In this document: piece by piece, positions 54,365 through 63,639 of the stretch | Position numbering within the stretch: position 1 is the first letter of the stretch | Layout: each line of letters starts with the position of its first letter | Assembly: GCA_965222875.1 (NCBI GenBank) | Contig: CBDCVC010000002.1 | Location: forward strand, 1,172,723-1,236,722 | Length of the DNA stretch: 64,000 nucleotides | Direction of reading: 5' to 3' | Source of the DNA: Candidatus Multivorans sp. | GTDB taxonomy: Bacteria > Acidobacteriota > Thermoanaerobaculia > Multivoradales > Multivoraceae | Notes under the pieces: model-generated | Told to the model about the DNA's origin: nothing | Databases searched by the model: none | The model's input: only the letters and a program-made list of their open reading frames with translations | Program-made: the position numbers and the translations under genes

Positions 54365-55426
54365 TTACTTCGGCCCGCCGAGATCCCGGCCGGCCCCGTC
54401 GCTCACGCGAATCCACAGGTCGGACCTGGCGCCCTGTACGACATCCGGCGGCAACTCGAAGTCCGGCACGCCGCCACCGTCAACGTGACAGCCCGCAGCA
54501 GGCACGCCCAGCGGCAGGGGCGTGACCTCGACCCACGCCTCGCCGTCCACTGGCCCGGCCGGAAGCGGCGGCGGATCGGCGAAGCGCCGGGGCAAGCGTT
54601 CGAGGAGCCGGAGCAGCGCCGCGAACCAGGCGCCGTAGCGGCGCCGGCGGAACCGCGCCATCGACTGCTCGAACCACTTCTGCGCGCGAGGTTCAAGCTG
54701 CGCGCTCTGGTCGTAGGCGTGAACCGCGCGCGCCGCCGGAACCAGGACCGCCCTCGCGCCCAGCGCCCGCGCGCGAAGCAACCAGTCGGTCTCCTCGAAG
54801 TAGAGCCGGTAGCCCTCGTCGAACGGTCCAACCCGGCGCCAGCAGTCCCTTGTCATGGCCAGGCAGGCGCCGGTCAGCTCGAAGCAGGGCACAGGTTTCC
54901 GGGCCGACCAGAGAGCACGGGCGCGACGCCGCCACCGGCGGCGGTAGGAACGGCCCCAGGCCGCCGATCGCTCGGCCCAGACCGCGTCCAGTTCGGCGGC
55001 GCGCGTACGGACCTGCTGCGGCGGCAGCATCAGCCGGCAGTCCCGATCCCAGAACAGCCTCGGACCCGCGATGTCGGCCTCGCCGAGCGCCTCGACGAGC
55101 GCCCTCAGGCACCCCGGTTCCACGACGACGTCCGCGTTCATCAGCAGCACGACATCGCCTGCCGGCGCGCGGGCGCCGAGATTGATCCCGCCCGCGTAGC
55201 CCAGGTTCGAGGGCGGCTCGAGAACCCACGCCTTGACACGCTCCAGGTCGAGGTGCTCCGCCGGCCCGCCCGACCGGGCGCCGTTGTCCACCACGATGAC
55301 GTCAAGGCGCAGACCGGATGCCCGCGCGTCCGCCTGGAGCGCCTCCACCGCCGCCTCGAGGAGCCGAGGCGTCCGGTAGTGGACGACGACGGCCGTAATG
55401 GCCGCGTCGCTGAGAGCGCCAGTCAC
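54365..55426 (-). CDS. Glycosyltransferase family 2
   Basis: IVVDNG, NLGYAGGINLG, LMNADV, GPFDEGYRLYFEETDW. Confidence 0.92.
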   Translation of the reverse strand: MTGALSDAAITAVVVHYRTPRLLEAAVEALQADARASGLRLDVIVVDNGARSGGPAEHLDLERVKAWVLEPPSNLGYAGGINLGARAPAGDVVLLMNADVVVEPGCLRALVEALGEADIAGPRLFWDRDCRLMLPPQQVRTRAAELDAVWAERSAAWGRSYRRRWRRRARALWSARKPVPCFELTGACLAMTRDCWRRVGPFDEGYRLYFEETDWLLRARALGARAVLVPAARAVHAYDQSAQLEPRAQKWFEQSMARFRRRRYGAWFAALLRLLERLPRRFADPPPLPAGPVDGEAWVEVTPLPLGVPAAGCHVDGGGVPDFELPPDVVQGARSDLWIRVSDGAGRDLGGPK

Positions 55427-55427
55427 C

Positions 55428-56225
55428 TCAGATCTCGTCCGCAAGACCATCCTTCAACCGGGCAAACAGGGCGCCGCCCAGGATGAGAGCGCCGGCGGCG
55501 CAGGCGAGAAGCGGAACCAGGCTGACCCGAAGCCCTCCGCCGAGGAACGCGGCCCGGTAGAGGTAGACCAGACCCGTCAGTGGGTTGAGCTCCAGCACCT
55601 GCCGAACGGTCTCATTCGGGGCCACGTTCACCGAGTAGATGATCGGCGTGACGTAGAACCACGTGTTCAGAATCAGGCCCGCGGCCTGCGCGACGTCCCG
55701 GAAGTAGACGTTCGCCCCCGCCAGACCCAATCCAAGGCCGAAGGTCAGCGCCACCTGCAGGAGCACAGCGACCAGCAGCAGAGGAAGGCTGGCGACGGAG
55801 AGTTCCCCCATCACGGCCAGGACGACGATGAACGCCAAGGCGCCCACCCCGGCGTGGAGCAGGGCGCCGAGCACCAGGGACGCCACCAGCAGCTCCCCCG
55901 GCAGCCGCATCTTCTTGACCAGGTCGGGGTTGTCCGTGATCGCCGACGCGGAACGGCTCAGCCCCTCGTGGATCGCGAACCAGGGCAACAGCCCGCAGAA
56001 CAGGAAGACGGCGAAGCTGTCGGTCTGCTCTCCATCGAGCGGGAAGCGAAGCACGAACGAAAACACGAACGTGAACAGCAGGAGCTGCCACAGCGGGTTG
56101 AGCAGCGACCACACGAGACCCAGTGCCGAACCCGCGTAACGCGACCGGAGGTTCCGCACCACCAGCTCGCGCAGCAGGAACAGGTGCTGCCGGCGACGCC
56201 GGCCGCCGAGAGACGCATCACCCAC
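55428..56225 (-). CDS. wzm: ABC-2 polysaccharide export permease
   Basis: RNLRSRYAGSALGLVWSLLNPL, YFRDVAQ, WFYVTPIIYS, LNPLTGLV..YR. Confidence 0.93.
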   Translation of the reverse strand: MGDASLGGRRRRQHLFLLRELVVRNLRSRYAGSALGLVWSLLNPLWQLLLFTFVFSFVLRFPLDGEQTDSFAVFLFCGLLPWFAIHEGLSRSASAITDNPDLVKKMRLPGELLVASLVLGALLHAGVGALAFIVVLAVMGELSVASLPLLLVAVLLQVALTFGLGLGLAGANVYFRDVAQAAGLILNTWFYVTPIIYSVNVAPNETVRQVLELNPLTGLVYLYRAAFLGGGLRVSLVPLLACAAGALILGGALFARLKDGLADEI

Positions 56226-56709
56226 TTGCAGCCCTCCGGGAAGGCCCTGGTGTCTTCGCGCGGATCCTCACTCGGTGATTATCCCCGACAAGCGGAAATA
56301 GAGCGTTGAGGAAGCCGGCACAGCCGCCAGCAGGCAAACTACCCAGGCGGCAACTCGGCTGAGCCCGTTGCGTTCCTCATGCACCACTCTGTGCTCCACG
56401 GGGCCGGCGGAACCCGGATTATTCCACAGAAGAGACGGGCAGCCGGCCCTTGGAGGCGCCCCTTTTCTCCGGAACAGGCCGACCCCCCGAAACGCCCTCC
56501 CGCTCGCTGCGGCCTCTCGGCGAACCCCGGAAGAAGTCGACCGGAGTTCCGTGACCTGCAGGTCTGCGTGGAAGTAGCGCTTCTACAGACTAAGACGGAA
56601 AACCGTCCCAGTTCTTACATCGCCTCTGGAAGCCGTTTGTTTCCAGCGATTTGGGGGGCGTCGCAAACACCGGGTGCACGCTGTGGCGGACCCAGTGCCG
56701 GCGCGACAC

Positions 56710-57765
56710 TTAGCCGCCCACCGGGAACGGGTTCTCCGGCACCAGCTCCGCGGCCAGACTCGCCGCGCTGTCGTCGGGGCAGTTGACCGTGAACGCCGCT
56801 TCGAGGCCGTCCGGCTCGAGGCTCGGAATGACCTCCTCCACCTCGGCGACCGCAACGGTCACTATCTGCTCGTTCAGGCGATCCGGGTCGTTGTTGGCGG
56901 CCAGACAGCGGTCGTCGTCGGCGCCGACAATCAGGGCCCACTGGAGCACCCCCGCTTCGCCCGGCGCCGGCGCCTCGCCCGTCCGGCTCTCCAGCGTCAC
57001 CGTCAGGACGCTGCTGTGGTGCTCGGCAACTGCCGTCGCATAGACCTCGCCGGTGGTGATGAAGTTCGCTCCCATCAGCCTCACCGTGACCTCCTTGGCC
57101 GCAGCGCTGCCCGTCGGCCGGATGACCCTTGGCGGGCTGGCCACAAGCGACCAGCCGGCCGCCGACCCCAGGTGGCAATCCGTGGCGGTCGCCTCTCCCA
57201 CCTCACCGCTGCAACCGGGAAGCGGCTTCTCGGGAATGATGTGGGGAATGATCCCGACCCGCCCGGTCGGTGTGTGCTTGACGAAGGTGGCGGCGCCGTC
57301 TTCCACGGTGCTGAGCGTCACGCCGCCCGGATCGGTCGGCTCGATCTGCTCGTTGCCGAGGACTCTCTTCGGGATCAAGGCCGAGACGGCAGAGTTCGTC
57401 TCGTCGTTGATCCAGTACCACCCGCCGTCCTTCAGGCCCTTGATCTCGATGGTACCGCCGTCCTGGGCCAGGCAGGCGAAACCGTTCGCCGTCGTCAGCG
57501 CCTGGCGCACGATCCCCTTGCTGTCCGGCACGACCGTGGCCGTAATCGTCACGTTGCCACAGATGACGAAGAAGCTGACCTCGCTCTCATCCACGTCCGC
57601 CGTGTCCCCGTCGTCCTCGCTGGCCGCTTCGCCCACGAAGCCGCCGTTGCCGACGTAGTACGGCGCAATGTGACAGTTCTCCTCCGGGCAGTCGACCGAG
57701 ACCTGGCCGAAGAGCAGCGCGGGGACCGCGCCGAGCAAGAGCGCGAGAGGGATAGGGTGCTTCAC
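56710..57765 (-). CDS. Secreted 8-Cys protein, paralog P1 (unknown family)
   Basis: Signal peptide; shared motifs GGWYWIND..NSAV, GRVGIIPHI, C-terminal ELVPENPFP; GTG start behind AAGGAG. Confidence 0.85.
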   Translation of the reverse strand: MKHPIPLALLLGAVPALLFGQVSVDCPEENCHIAPYYVGNGGFVGEAASEDDGDTADVDESEVSFFVICGNVTITATVVPDSKGIVRQALTTANGFACLAQDGGTIEIKGLKDGGWYWINDETNSAVSALIPKRVLGNEQIEPTDPGGVTLSTVEDGAATFVKHTPTGRVGIIPHIIPEKPLPGCSGEVGEATATDCHLGSAAGWSLVASPPRVIRPTGSAAAKEVTVRLMGANFITTGEVYATAVAEHHSSVLTVTLESRTGEAPAPGEAGVLQWALIVGADDDRCLAANNDPDRLNEQIVTVAVAEVEEVIPSLEPDGLEAAFTVNCPDDSAASLAAELVPENPFPVGG

Positions 57766-57923
57766 TGCTTTCTCCTTGTGGGGCGCGTCGGGGCTTCGAT
57801 GCTGCGAGGGTCCAGGGGCTCACCCAGAGATGAATAGCATCATTGCTATATCACACTGTCCCACCCGCACCGATGCGGCCACCCCCAACTGGGTGCGGCC
57901 GGCGTACGCGGTGGTTGCGACTC

Positions 57924-58958
57924 TTACCCGTCGACCGGGAAGGGGTTCTCCGACACCAGCTCCGCGCCCGCAGCCGCCGCCTGGCTGGAGGGGCAGTTGA
58001 CCGTGATCGTGGTCTCCACCTCGTCATTGGGTACATCGGGGACGACGCCGTCCAGTTGGGCAATGATGAACGTGACGATCTGCGCCGTTTCGCGATCCGG
58101 ATTGTTGTTCCCAGGCAGGCACCGTGTGTCGTCGGACCCTACCTCCACCGACCAGCCGAGGACGCCCGACTGGCCCTCGGCCGGCGCCACGCCAACGTCC
58201 TGGTTGAAGAAGATCCCCTGAACGCTCGTGTGGTGCTCGACTCTCGCCCTCGCGGTGACCTGCCCCGTACGGACGAAGTTCTCGCCGTGGAGCTTGACGA
58301 TCACTTCCCTGGACTGCTGGCTGCCGGTGGGCCGGGTGACGGACGAGGGGCTCGCGGAGACGCGCCAGCCCTCCGGCGACCCTAGGTGGCAGTCCCTCGC
58401 GGATTCCTCTGTCGCCATGCCGCTGCAACCCCTGATCGGCCGCGTGGGCACGATATGCGGGATGATGCCCACCCTGCCGGTCGGCTCGTGCTTGACGAAG
58501 GTGCCGAAGCCATCCTCCTCCCTGTCGACCACGATGCCGCCCGGGTCGGTCGGGACGATCTGCTCGTTGTCGGCGGCGTCCTTGGGGATGAACGCGGAAA
58601 CCGCCGAGTTCCGGTCGTCGTTGATCCAGTACCAGCCGCCTGGTTTGAGGTTGGCGATCTCGAGCCGGCCGCGGCGCCCGTCACCGCAGGAGAAGCCATC
58701 GGCGTCGCTGAGGGACTGGCGGACGATGCCCTGGCTGTCCGGCTCCACGACCCCTGAGGTCGTCACATTGCCGCAGATCACGAAGAACGTGACGTCGGTG
58801 TCGCCGCCCACGCCGGCGGCCTCACCGACGAAGCCGCCGCTGCCCGCAAAGTACGGCGCCAGTTGGCAGGTTTCGTCGGGGCAGTCGACCGTGATCTGGC
58901 CGAACAGCAGCGCCGGTGCGGCACCGAACAGAAGTGCGACGGGGATGATGTGTTTCAC
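57924..58958 (-). CDS. Secreted 8-Cys protein, paralog P2
   Basis: Same motifs as P1, ends ELVSENPFPVDG; RBS AAGGAGG. Confidence 0.85.
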   Translation of the reverse strand: MKHIIPVALLFGAAPALLFGQITVDCPDETCQLAPYFAGSGGFVGEAAGVGGDTDVTFFVICGNVTTSGVVEPDSQGIVRQSLSDADGFSCGDGRRGRLEIANLKPGGWYWINDDRNSAVSAFIPKDAADNEQIVPTDPGGIVVDREEDGFGTFVKHEPTGRVGIIPHIVPTRPIRGCSGMATEESARDCHLGSPEGWRVSASPSSVTRPTGSQQSREVIVKLHGENFVRTGQVTARARVEHHTSVQGIFFNQDVGVAPAEGQSGVLGWSVEVGSDDTRCLPGNNNPDRETAQIVTFIIAQLDGVVPDVPNDEVETTITVNCPSSQAAAAGAELVSENPFPVDG

Positions 58959-58967
58959 TGCTCCTCC

Positions 58968-60125
58968 TTACCTCGGCGCGCAGACGATCGCGAGCCGCGC
59001 GGAGGCCCCGTAGGTGCCCTCGGAAGTCCGCGTGAAGCCGGCGTCGCGTCCAACGGCGACCGCCGGATGCACGGCGTTCTCGCCAGGGGTGGCGTAGACA
59101 CGAATCGTCGCCGTGTGCTGCGTGCCCGTGGACGGGCAGTAGTCGTCGCTCGCCGCAATCGTGATCGTCGCCTGGCCGGGTGGGGTCGAGCCGGACCCGT
59201 CCGCGGTCAGCGTGACGCCCGCGCCGGCGAGATCGCCAGTCTGCGGCGTCGCGCCGGAGAGACCCAGGGAGAACGTGGCCGTGAGCCAGTTCGCGTTGTG
59301 ATCGTCCTGGCCCGAGGCCGTCGTGCCGACCCAGCCCTTGCGGATGGATTCCGCGCTGGGGCCGCCATTGTCGCTCGTGTCCGTCGAGTAGCTGCCGCTC
59401 TCGTCGACCCAGAGATCGGCACTGACCGTGATCTCCCCGGCAACCGGTCGCGTCACCGACCCGGTCGTGATCATCGCGCGGCTGTTGTAGGCACCCGGGC
59501 CGATCAGCCGGACCTTCGTGTTGGCGCCGCCGAGCACGCAACTGCCCGTCATCTGGCGGTCGTACGCATACGGCCAGCTCGGGTTGCGCCGCGGCCCGCA
59601 GAACTCCGCCCGTTCCGCCCGGGGCCGCGGCAGGATGTTCGGCAGAATGCCGACACGACCGGTGCTCGTCTCCTTGAGGAAGACGGCGCCCTTGCCCGCC
59701 GACATGGTGACGCCGGCGCCGGCGCTGGTCAGATCGACCGTGTCGTTGTCGAGAACCTCCCTGGCAACCAGGTTGCCGACGGCGGAATTCTCTTCGTCCG
59801 TGATCCAGTACCAGCCGCCATCCTTCAGGCCGGCGATCTGGAGGCCGCCCTCCTGGTCGCAGGCGAGGCCGTTCCGGTGGTTGAACAACTGGGAGGCCGT
59901 GCCGCCGTGGACCCGGGCTTCCCCGGAGATCGTGACGGTGCCGCACGAGACGAGGAAGGTGATGTCTTCCGCCTCCGCGGCGACGGTACCGATGAATCCA
60001 CCCTCGCCCCTGAAGTAGGGAGCGACGTGGCGGCACTCGGGGCAACTGACCTCCTGGGCGAACGCGGTCGCCGGAATCGTCGCCGGAATCGCGCTCAGCG
60101 CCAGCGCGAGCGTGACGTGCCTCAT
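58968..60125 (-). CDS. Secreted 8-Cys protein, paralog P3 (lacks the C-terminal tail)
   Basis: MRHVTLALAL signal; close to P4 over its length; stops at IVCAPR. Confidence 0.85.
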   Translation of the reverse strand: MRHVTLALALSAIPATIPATAFAQEVSCPECRHVAPYFRGEGGFIGTVAAEAEDITFLVSCGTVTISGEARVHGGTASQLFNHRNGLACDQEGGLQIAGLKDGGWYWITDEENSAVGNLVAREVLDNDTVDLTSAGAGVTMSAGKGAVFLKETSTGRVGILPNILPRPRAERAEFCGPRRNPSWPYAYDRQMTGSCVLGGANTKVRLIGPGAYNSRAMITTGSVTRPVAGEITVSADLWVDESGSYSTDTSDNGGPSAESIRKGWVGTTASGQDDHNANWLTATFSLGLSGATPQTGDLAGAGVTLTADGSGSTPPGQATITIAASDDYCPSTGTQHTATIRVYATPGENAVHPAVAVGRDAGFTRTSEGTYGASARLAIVCAPR

Positions 60126-60176
60126 TGTTTCCGTTCGCTCTCTCGGGGCCCTGAAAGGTCGCCTGAAAAGGCGAAA

Positions 60177-60208
60177 CCTCCGCGCCGGGTGTGAGCCCGA
60201 CGCGGAGG
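60177..60208 (-). promoter_or_regulatory. GC-rich stem-loop between P4 and P3
   Basis: cctccgcg ... cgcggagg 8-bp stem with inner cggg/cccg pairing; no poly-U tract, so an attenuator or RNA-stability role is only inferred. Confidence 0.4.
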
Positions 60209-60288
60209 CACCGCTCTTGAAGTCGTTCTTCCTCTGAGCTGCTGGACTCATGCGAGCCCTTCAGCCCGGGGGAGGAATCGGCTGTTCC

Positions 60289-61515
60289 CTACTTGTCGGT
60301 CGGGAACGGGTTGTCCGGAACCAGCTCCTGGCCCTGGTTGGCTGCCGCCCTCGGCGCGCAGACAACCCTTAGCCCCGTCGCGGCGCCGAAAGTGGCCTGG
60401 GTACTGGCGGCGAAACCAGCGGCACGCCCAACAGCCACCGCCGGATGGATGTCGTCCGCGTCCCCGCCAGAGCTAGGTACGGCGATGACATGGATCGTCG
60501 CCGTGTACTGCGTACCCTTGGCCGGGCAGTAGTCACCGTTCGCCGAAACCGTGATCGTCGCCTGACCGTCGCCGACCCCGCTTCCGCCGTTCTCCGTCAG
60601 TTCGACACCCGCGCCAGCGGTATCGCCAGTCTGTGGGTCTCCGCTGTCGAGGGCTATAGTCCACGTGGAAGTGAGCCAGTTCGCGTTGTGATCGCTCTGG
60701 CCGACGGCCGTCTTGCCGATCCAGCCCTTGCGGATGGAGTCCGCGCTGGGAGCTGAATTGGCGCCACTGGTGTCAGTCGAGTAGCTGCCGCTCTCGTCGA
60801 CCCAGAGATCGGCATTGACCGTGATGCTCCCCACACTGGGCCGCGTCACCATGCCGGTCGTGATCATCCCGCGGCTGTTGTAGGCGCCCGGGCCGATCAG
60901 CCGGATCTTCGTCTTGCCGCCGCCGAGCATGCAACTGCCCGTCTGCTGGCCGTCGTAGGCATACGGCCAACTCGAGTTGCGCCGCGGCCCGCAGACCACC
61001 GCCGCCGGAGCCGGAGGCTCTGGCAGGATGTTCGGCAGGATGCCGACACGACCGCTGGCCGCTTCCTTGAGGAAGACGGCACCGCTGCCCATCGTCATGC
61101 TGACGCCGTTGCCAGCGCTGGTCAGATCGGTCGCGTCGTTGTCGAGGATGTCCATGGCGACCAGGTTGCCAACGGCCGAGTTGTCGGCGTCGTTGATCCA
61201 GAACCAACCGCCGTCCATGATCGGGCCGAGCTCAAAGCTGCCGCCCATCTCCGCCTCGCAGGCGTAGTCGCCCGCGAACAGCATGGAGACGACCCCGTCG
61301 TCGTTGGCCTCGAGCTCACCGCTCCTGGTGACGCCGCCGCAAGAGGTGACGAAGGTCACCATGTCGGCGCCGTCGGCTGTTGCAATCATTCCGCCCATGC
61401 CCTTGTAGTAGGACACCGTGTGCGTGCAGTCGTCGCAAGTGACGGTCTGACCGAACGCCATGGCCGGAATCGCGCAGAGAACCAGCGCGATCGTGATGTG
61501 CTTCATCAGCTTCAT
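60289..61515 (-). CDS. Secreted 8-Cys protein, paralog P4 (first in array)
   Basis: RBS AAGGAG; signal peptide ending AMAFGQ; ends VVCAPRAAANQGQELVPDNPFPTDK. Confidence 0.87.
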   Translation of the reverse strand: MKLMKHITIALVLCAIPAMAFGQTVTCDDCTHTVSYYKGMGGMIATADGADMVTFVTSCGGVTRSGELEANDDGVVSMLFAGDYACEAEMGGSFELGPIMDGGWFWINDADNSAVGNLVAMDILDNDATDLTSAGNGVSMTMGSGAVFLKEAASGRVGILPNILPEPPAPAAVVCGPRRNSSWPYAYDGQQTGSCMLGGGKTKIRLIGPGAYNSRGMITTGMVTRPSVGSITVNADLWVDESGSYSTDTSGANSAPSADSIRKGWIGKTAVGQSDHNANWLTSTWTIALDSGDPQTGDTAGAGVELTENGGSGVGDGQATITVSANGDYCPAKGTQYTATIHVIAVPSSGGDADDIHPAVAVGRAAGFAASTQATFGAATGLRVVCAPRAAANQGQELVPDNPFPTDK

Positions 61516-61871
61516 CAGTTTGTTTTCTCCTTGAGCGGCCTTTCGAGCCGCCATTCGTTTACCGGACCGGCCGTTTGCCGGGCCGGGAGTTTCTTTGATC
61601 CGAAGATCAGGCCACTGCAATGCGGACATTCCGCGCTGCCGTGGCCGCTGACGTTTCTCTCTGGACGATCGAATCCCGGCTGAACCGAGCCGCCGACCGT
61701 CACGCGCTGATGCTGCGCATCACCTCCCGATAAAAGACTTCAAGGCCATCTGTCCAATCGTAGGTGGAACCCTAGCGGAAACGACCGAATAGATCCAGTG
61801 GCAGCCAAGCGTTGCGCGGAATGTCGCGGAGCGCCGGGGCGCGGGCGGATCGAAAGGGCCTTCCTGCCGAT

Positions 61872-63140
61872 TCAGTTCCTCCGAGACCAGACACTATAGG
61901 GCCTTCGGGGGGATTCGTCAAGGGTTGGGGGTGTAAGTGTCAAATTATTGAGGGGATTGGGGTTAGGTGCGTCCCAGGCGACTTCGTCGGGGTTCTCCTC
62001 GCCCGGCGCCGGCGGCGCCGCGCGGACCAGGTCGCGCTCGAGGGCCGGAAGCAGAGTGCGGCCGGCGGCGCCCTCGCGGTAGGCGCTGGTTTCGGGCGAC
62101 TCCAGGCGCCGCAGGGCGGAGAAGTGGACCTTCTCGCCGGTGACCAGGGGCCGGCCCTCCTCGTCGCGTTCACCGACCGGCCGGTGGTAACGGCCCCAGA
62201 GCCGGTAGACCAGGGACATCGAGTCGCCCTGCGGTCCGAGTTCGTCGGGCGCCAAGCCGGCGCGGACGGCATCGGGCCGCAGCGCGAGGCCGGCGGCGTG
62301 GGCCCCGGCCCACATCCAGAGCAGGGCGCGGTCGGAGAGCGCGGCGTTCGGGCGGCCGCCGCCGACATCGCTGTGAACGCCGGGAAACCAGAGCTGTTCG
62401 ACGTTCTGGCCGGGTGCCGGCCGGTTCGTCCACAGGGTGGGGGCGAAGGGGCGGCGGGCCTCGTCGATCGCCACCGCGTGGCAGGCGTGCCGGATGTGGC
62501 GGTCGAGCCGCACGTCGTGGAAGCGGTGGCGGCGGGCGCCGACCCAGTTCAGCCAGGTCACCGGCACGCCGAGGGCGCCGACCGTGTCCCAGACGCCGAT
62601 GAAGTGGACCTTGCACGGGGGCGCCGGGCCGGCCGGCCCCCGCTGGCGGCCCTCGGCGCCGCGGGTCACGGCGAAGGTCTCGACGTGGCGCGCGGCGCGT
62701 TCGCTTCGCCCGAAGCCGCGGCGCAGCCGGTAGACCGCCATGCCCTGGAGCGCGACATCCGCCACCCGGAGGCCGGCGGCGGCGCAGCGCTGCGGGTCGG
62801 GGACGCCGCACAGGCCGAGCAGCCCGGCCAGGCTGCGCGCGGTGTAGGCCCCGCGGCTGTAGCCGAACAGGAAGAGCCGGTCGCCGGGGCGGTAGTGCGC
62901 GCTCAGCCAGGCGTAGGCCAGTTCCACGTTGCGAGCGAGGCCCAGCCCCACCACCCCGCCCCGCACCCGGTCGAAGCGGCCGGTGCCGACGCCGCGGTCG
63001 TAGTAGCGGAGCTGCGGTGTGCCCGCCGCAGTCTGCGGCAGCAGCGCCTGGCTCGTCTTGACGACGTTCGTGGGCGACGCCCGGTCGTCGCTGTTCCAGG
63101 TGCCGTCGAAGCAGAGTGCGATGTTGCGTGGGCCGGCCAA
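61872..63140 (-). CDS. DUF2235 (Tle1-like alpha/beta hydrolase) protein
   Basis: IALCFDGTWN, TNVVK, YYDRGVGT, LFGYSRGAYTARSLAG, FIGVWDTVGALG, HAVAIDE.R..F.PTLW, WFPGVHSDVGGG. Confidence 0.92.
   Translation of the reverse strand: MAGPRNIALCFDGTWNSDDRASPTNVVKTSQALLPQTAAGTPQLRYYDRGVGTGRFDRVRGGVVGLGLARNVELAYAWLSAHYRPGDRLFLFGYSRGAYTARSLAGLLGLCGVPDPQRCAAAGLRVADVALQGMAVYRLRRGFGRSERAARHVETFAVTRGAEGRQRGPAGPAPPCKVHFIGVWDTVGALGVPVTWLNWVGARRHRFHDVRLDRHIRHACHAVAIDEARRPFAPTLWTNRPAPGQNVEQLWFPGVHSDVGGGRPNAALSDRALLWMWAGAHAAGLALRPDAVRAGLAPDELGPQGDSMSLVYRLWGRYHRPVGERDEEGRPLVTGEKVHFSALRRLESPETSAYREGAAGRTLLPALERDLVRAAPPAPGEENPDEVAWDAPNPNPLNNLTLTPPTLDESPRRPYSVWSRRN
61893..61921 (-). promoter_or_regulatory. Near-consensus sigma70 promoter for the P4-P1 array
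   Basis: Minus strand TTGACG (61921-61916), 17 nt, TATAGT (61898-61893), in an AT-rich patch that also has a second TTGACA at 61943-61938. Confidence 0.7.
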
Positions 63141-63233
63141 GTGGGACTTGGGATGGCGGGGCTCGGGGAGCGTAGCGGGTGCGGCGGGGGGAGGGCAAGC
63201 AAGCCCGCGCAGCCGCGAAGCGGCGCGCGGAAA

Positions 63234-63569
63234 CTAGCCCATTCGGAACAGGTTCTGCATCTGCATCGCCAGGCCCATGTCGCCGGCGATGCGCAGGCGG
63301 CCGGTCATGAAGGCGGTCATGCCGTCCAGGCTGCCGGCGGTGAGTTCCACGTAGTCGGCCGCTTCCATCGACACGGTCATCGTCGGCGCGTCGTGGGCGC
63401 CCTCGCCGACGGTGCAGGCGCCGTCCTTGATCGCGCAGTGCCAGACGCCGCCGCCTTCGCCCGAGAGGTCCAACTGGATCACGACGTCGAGACCGGCGGC
63501 GGCTTCCGGGTCGAGACGGCTGGGCATCTGCGAGAAGATGTCGCTGAGGGCGGCGGCGGTATCGGTCAT
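63234..63569 (-). CDS. SCP2 sterol-binding domain protein
   Basis: IQLDLSGEGGG.W...IKDG.C.V.EG....PTMTVSM...D......G.LDGMTAFMTGRLRIAGDMGLAM. Confidence 0.92.
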   Translation of the reverse strand: MTDTAAALSDIFSQMPSRLDPEAAAGLDVVIQLDLSGEGGGVWHCAIKDGACTVGEGAHDAPTMTVSMEAADYVELTAGSLDGMTAFMTGRLRIAGDMGLAMQMQNLFRMG

Positions 63570-63639
63570 CGGGAGGGCTCTCCTGCGGGTCTGGATATCG
63601 GACGTGTCGGAAGGATGGACGGATTCTCCGTAGACGGCT

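Noticed and set aside
61530-61600. ggcaaac...gaaa in the P4 leader as a c-di-GMP-I riboswitch
   Set aside because: The second conserved stem (GACGCAAAG region) is not present; only generic hairpins are supported.
61890-61901. cactataggg resembling the end of a T7 promoter (vector contamination)
   Set aside because: The upstream TAATACGACT is absent; it is better explained as the reverse complement of the -10 box TATAGT.
61872-63140. DUF2235 gene as evidence of a type VI secretion effector locus
   Set aside because: No vgrG, PAAR, hcp or immunity gene nearby; DUF2235 also occurs outside T6SS contexts.
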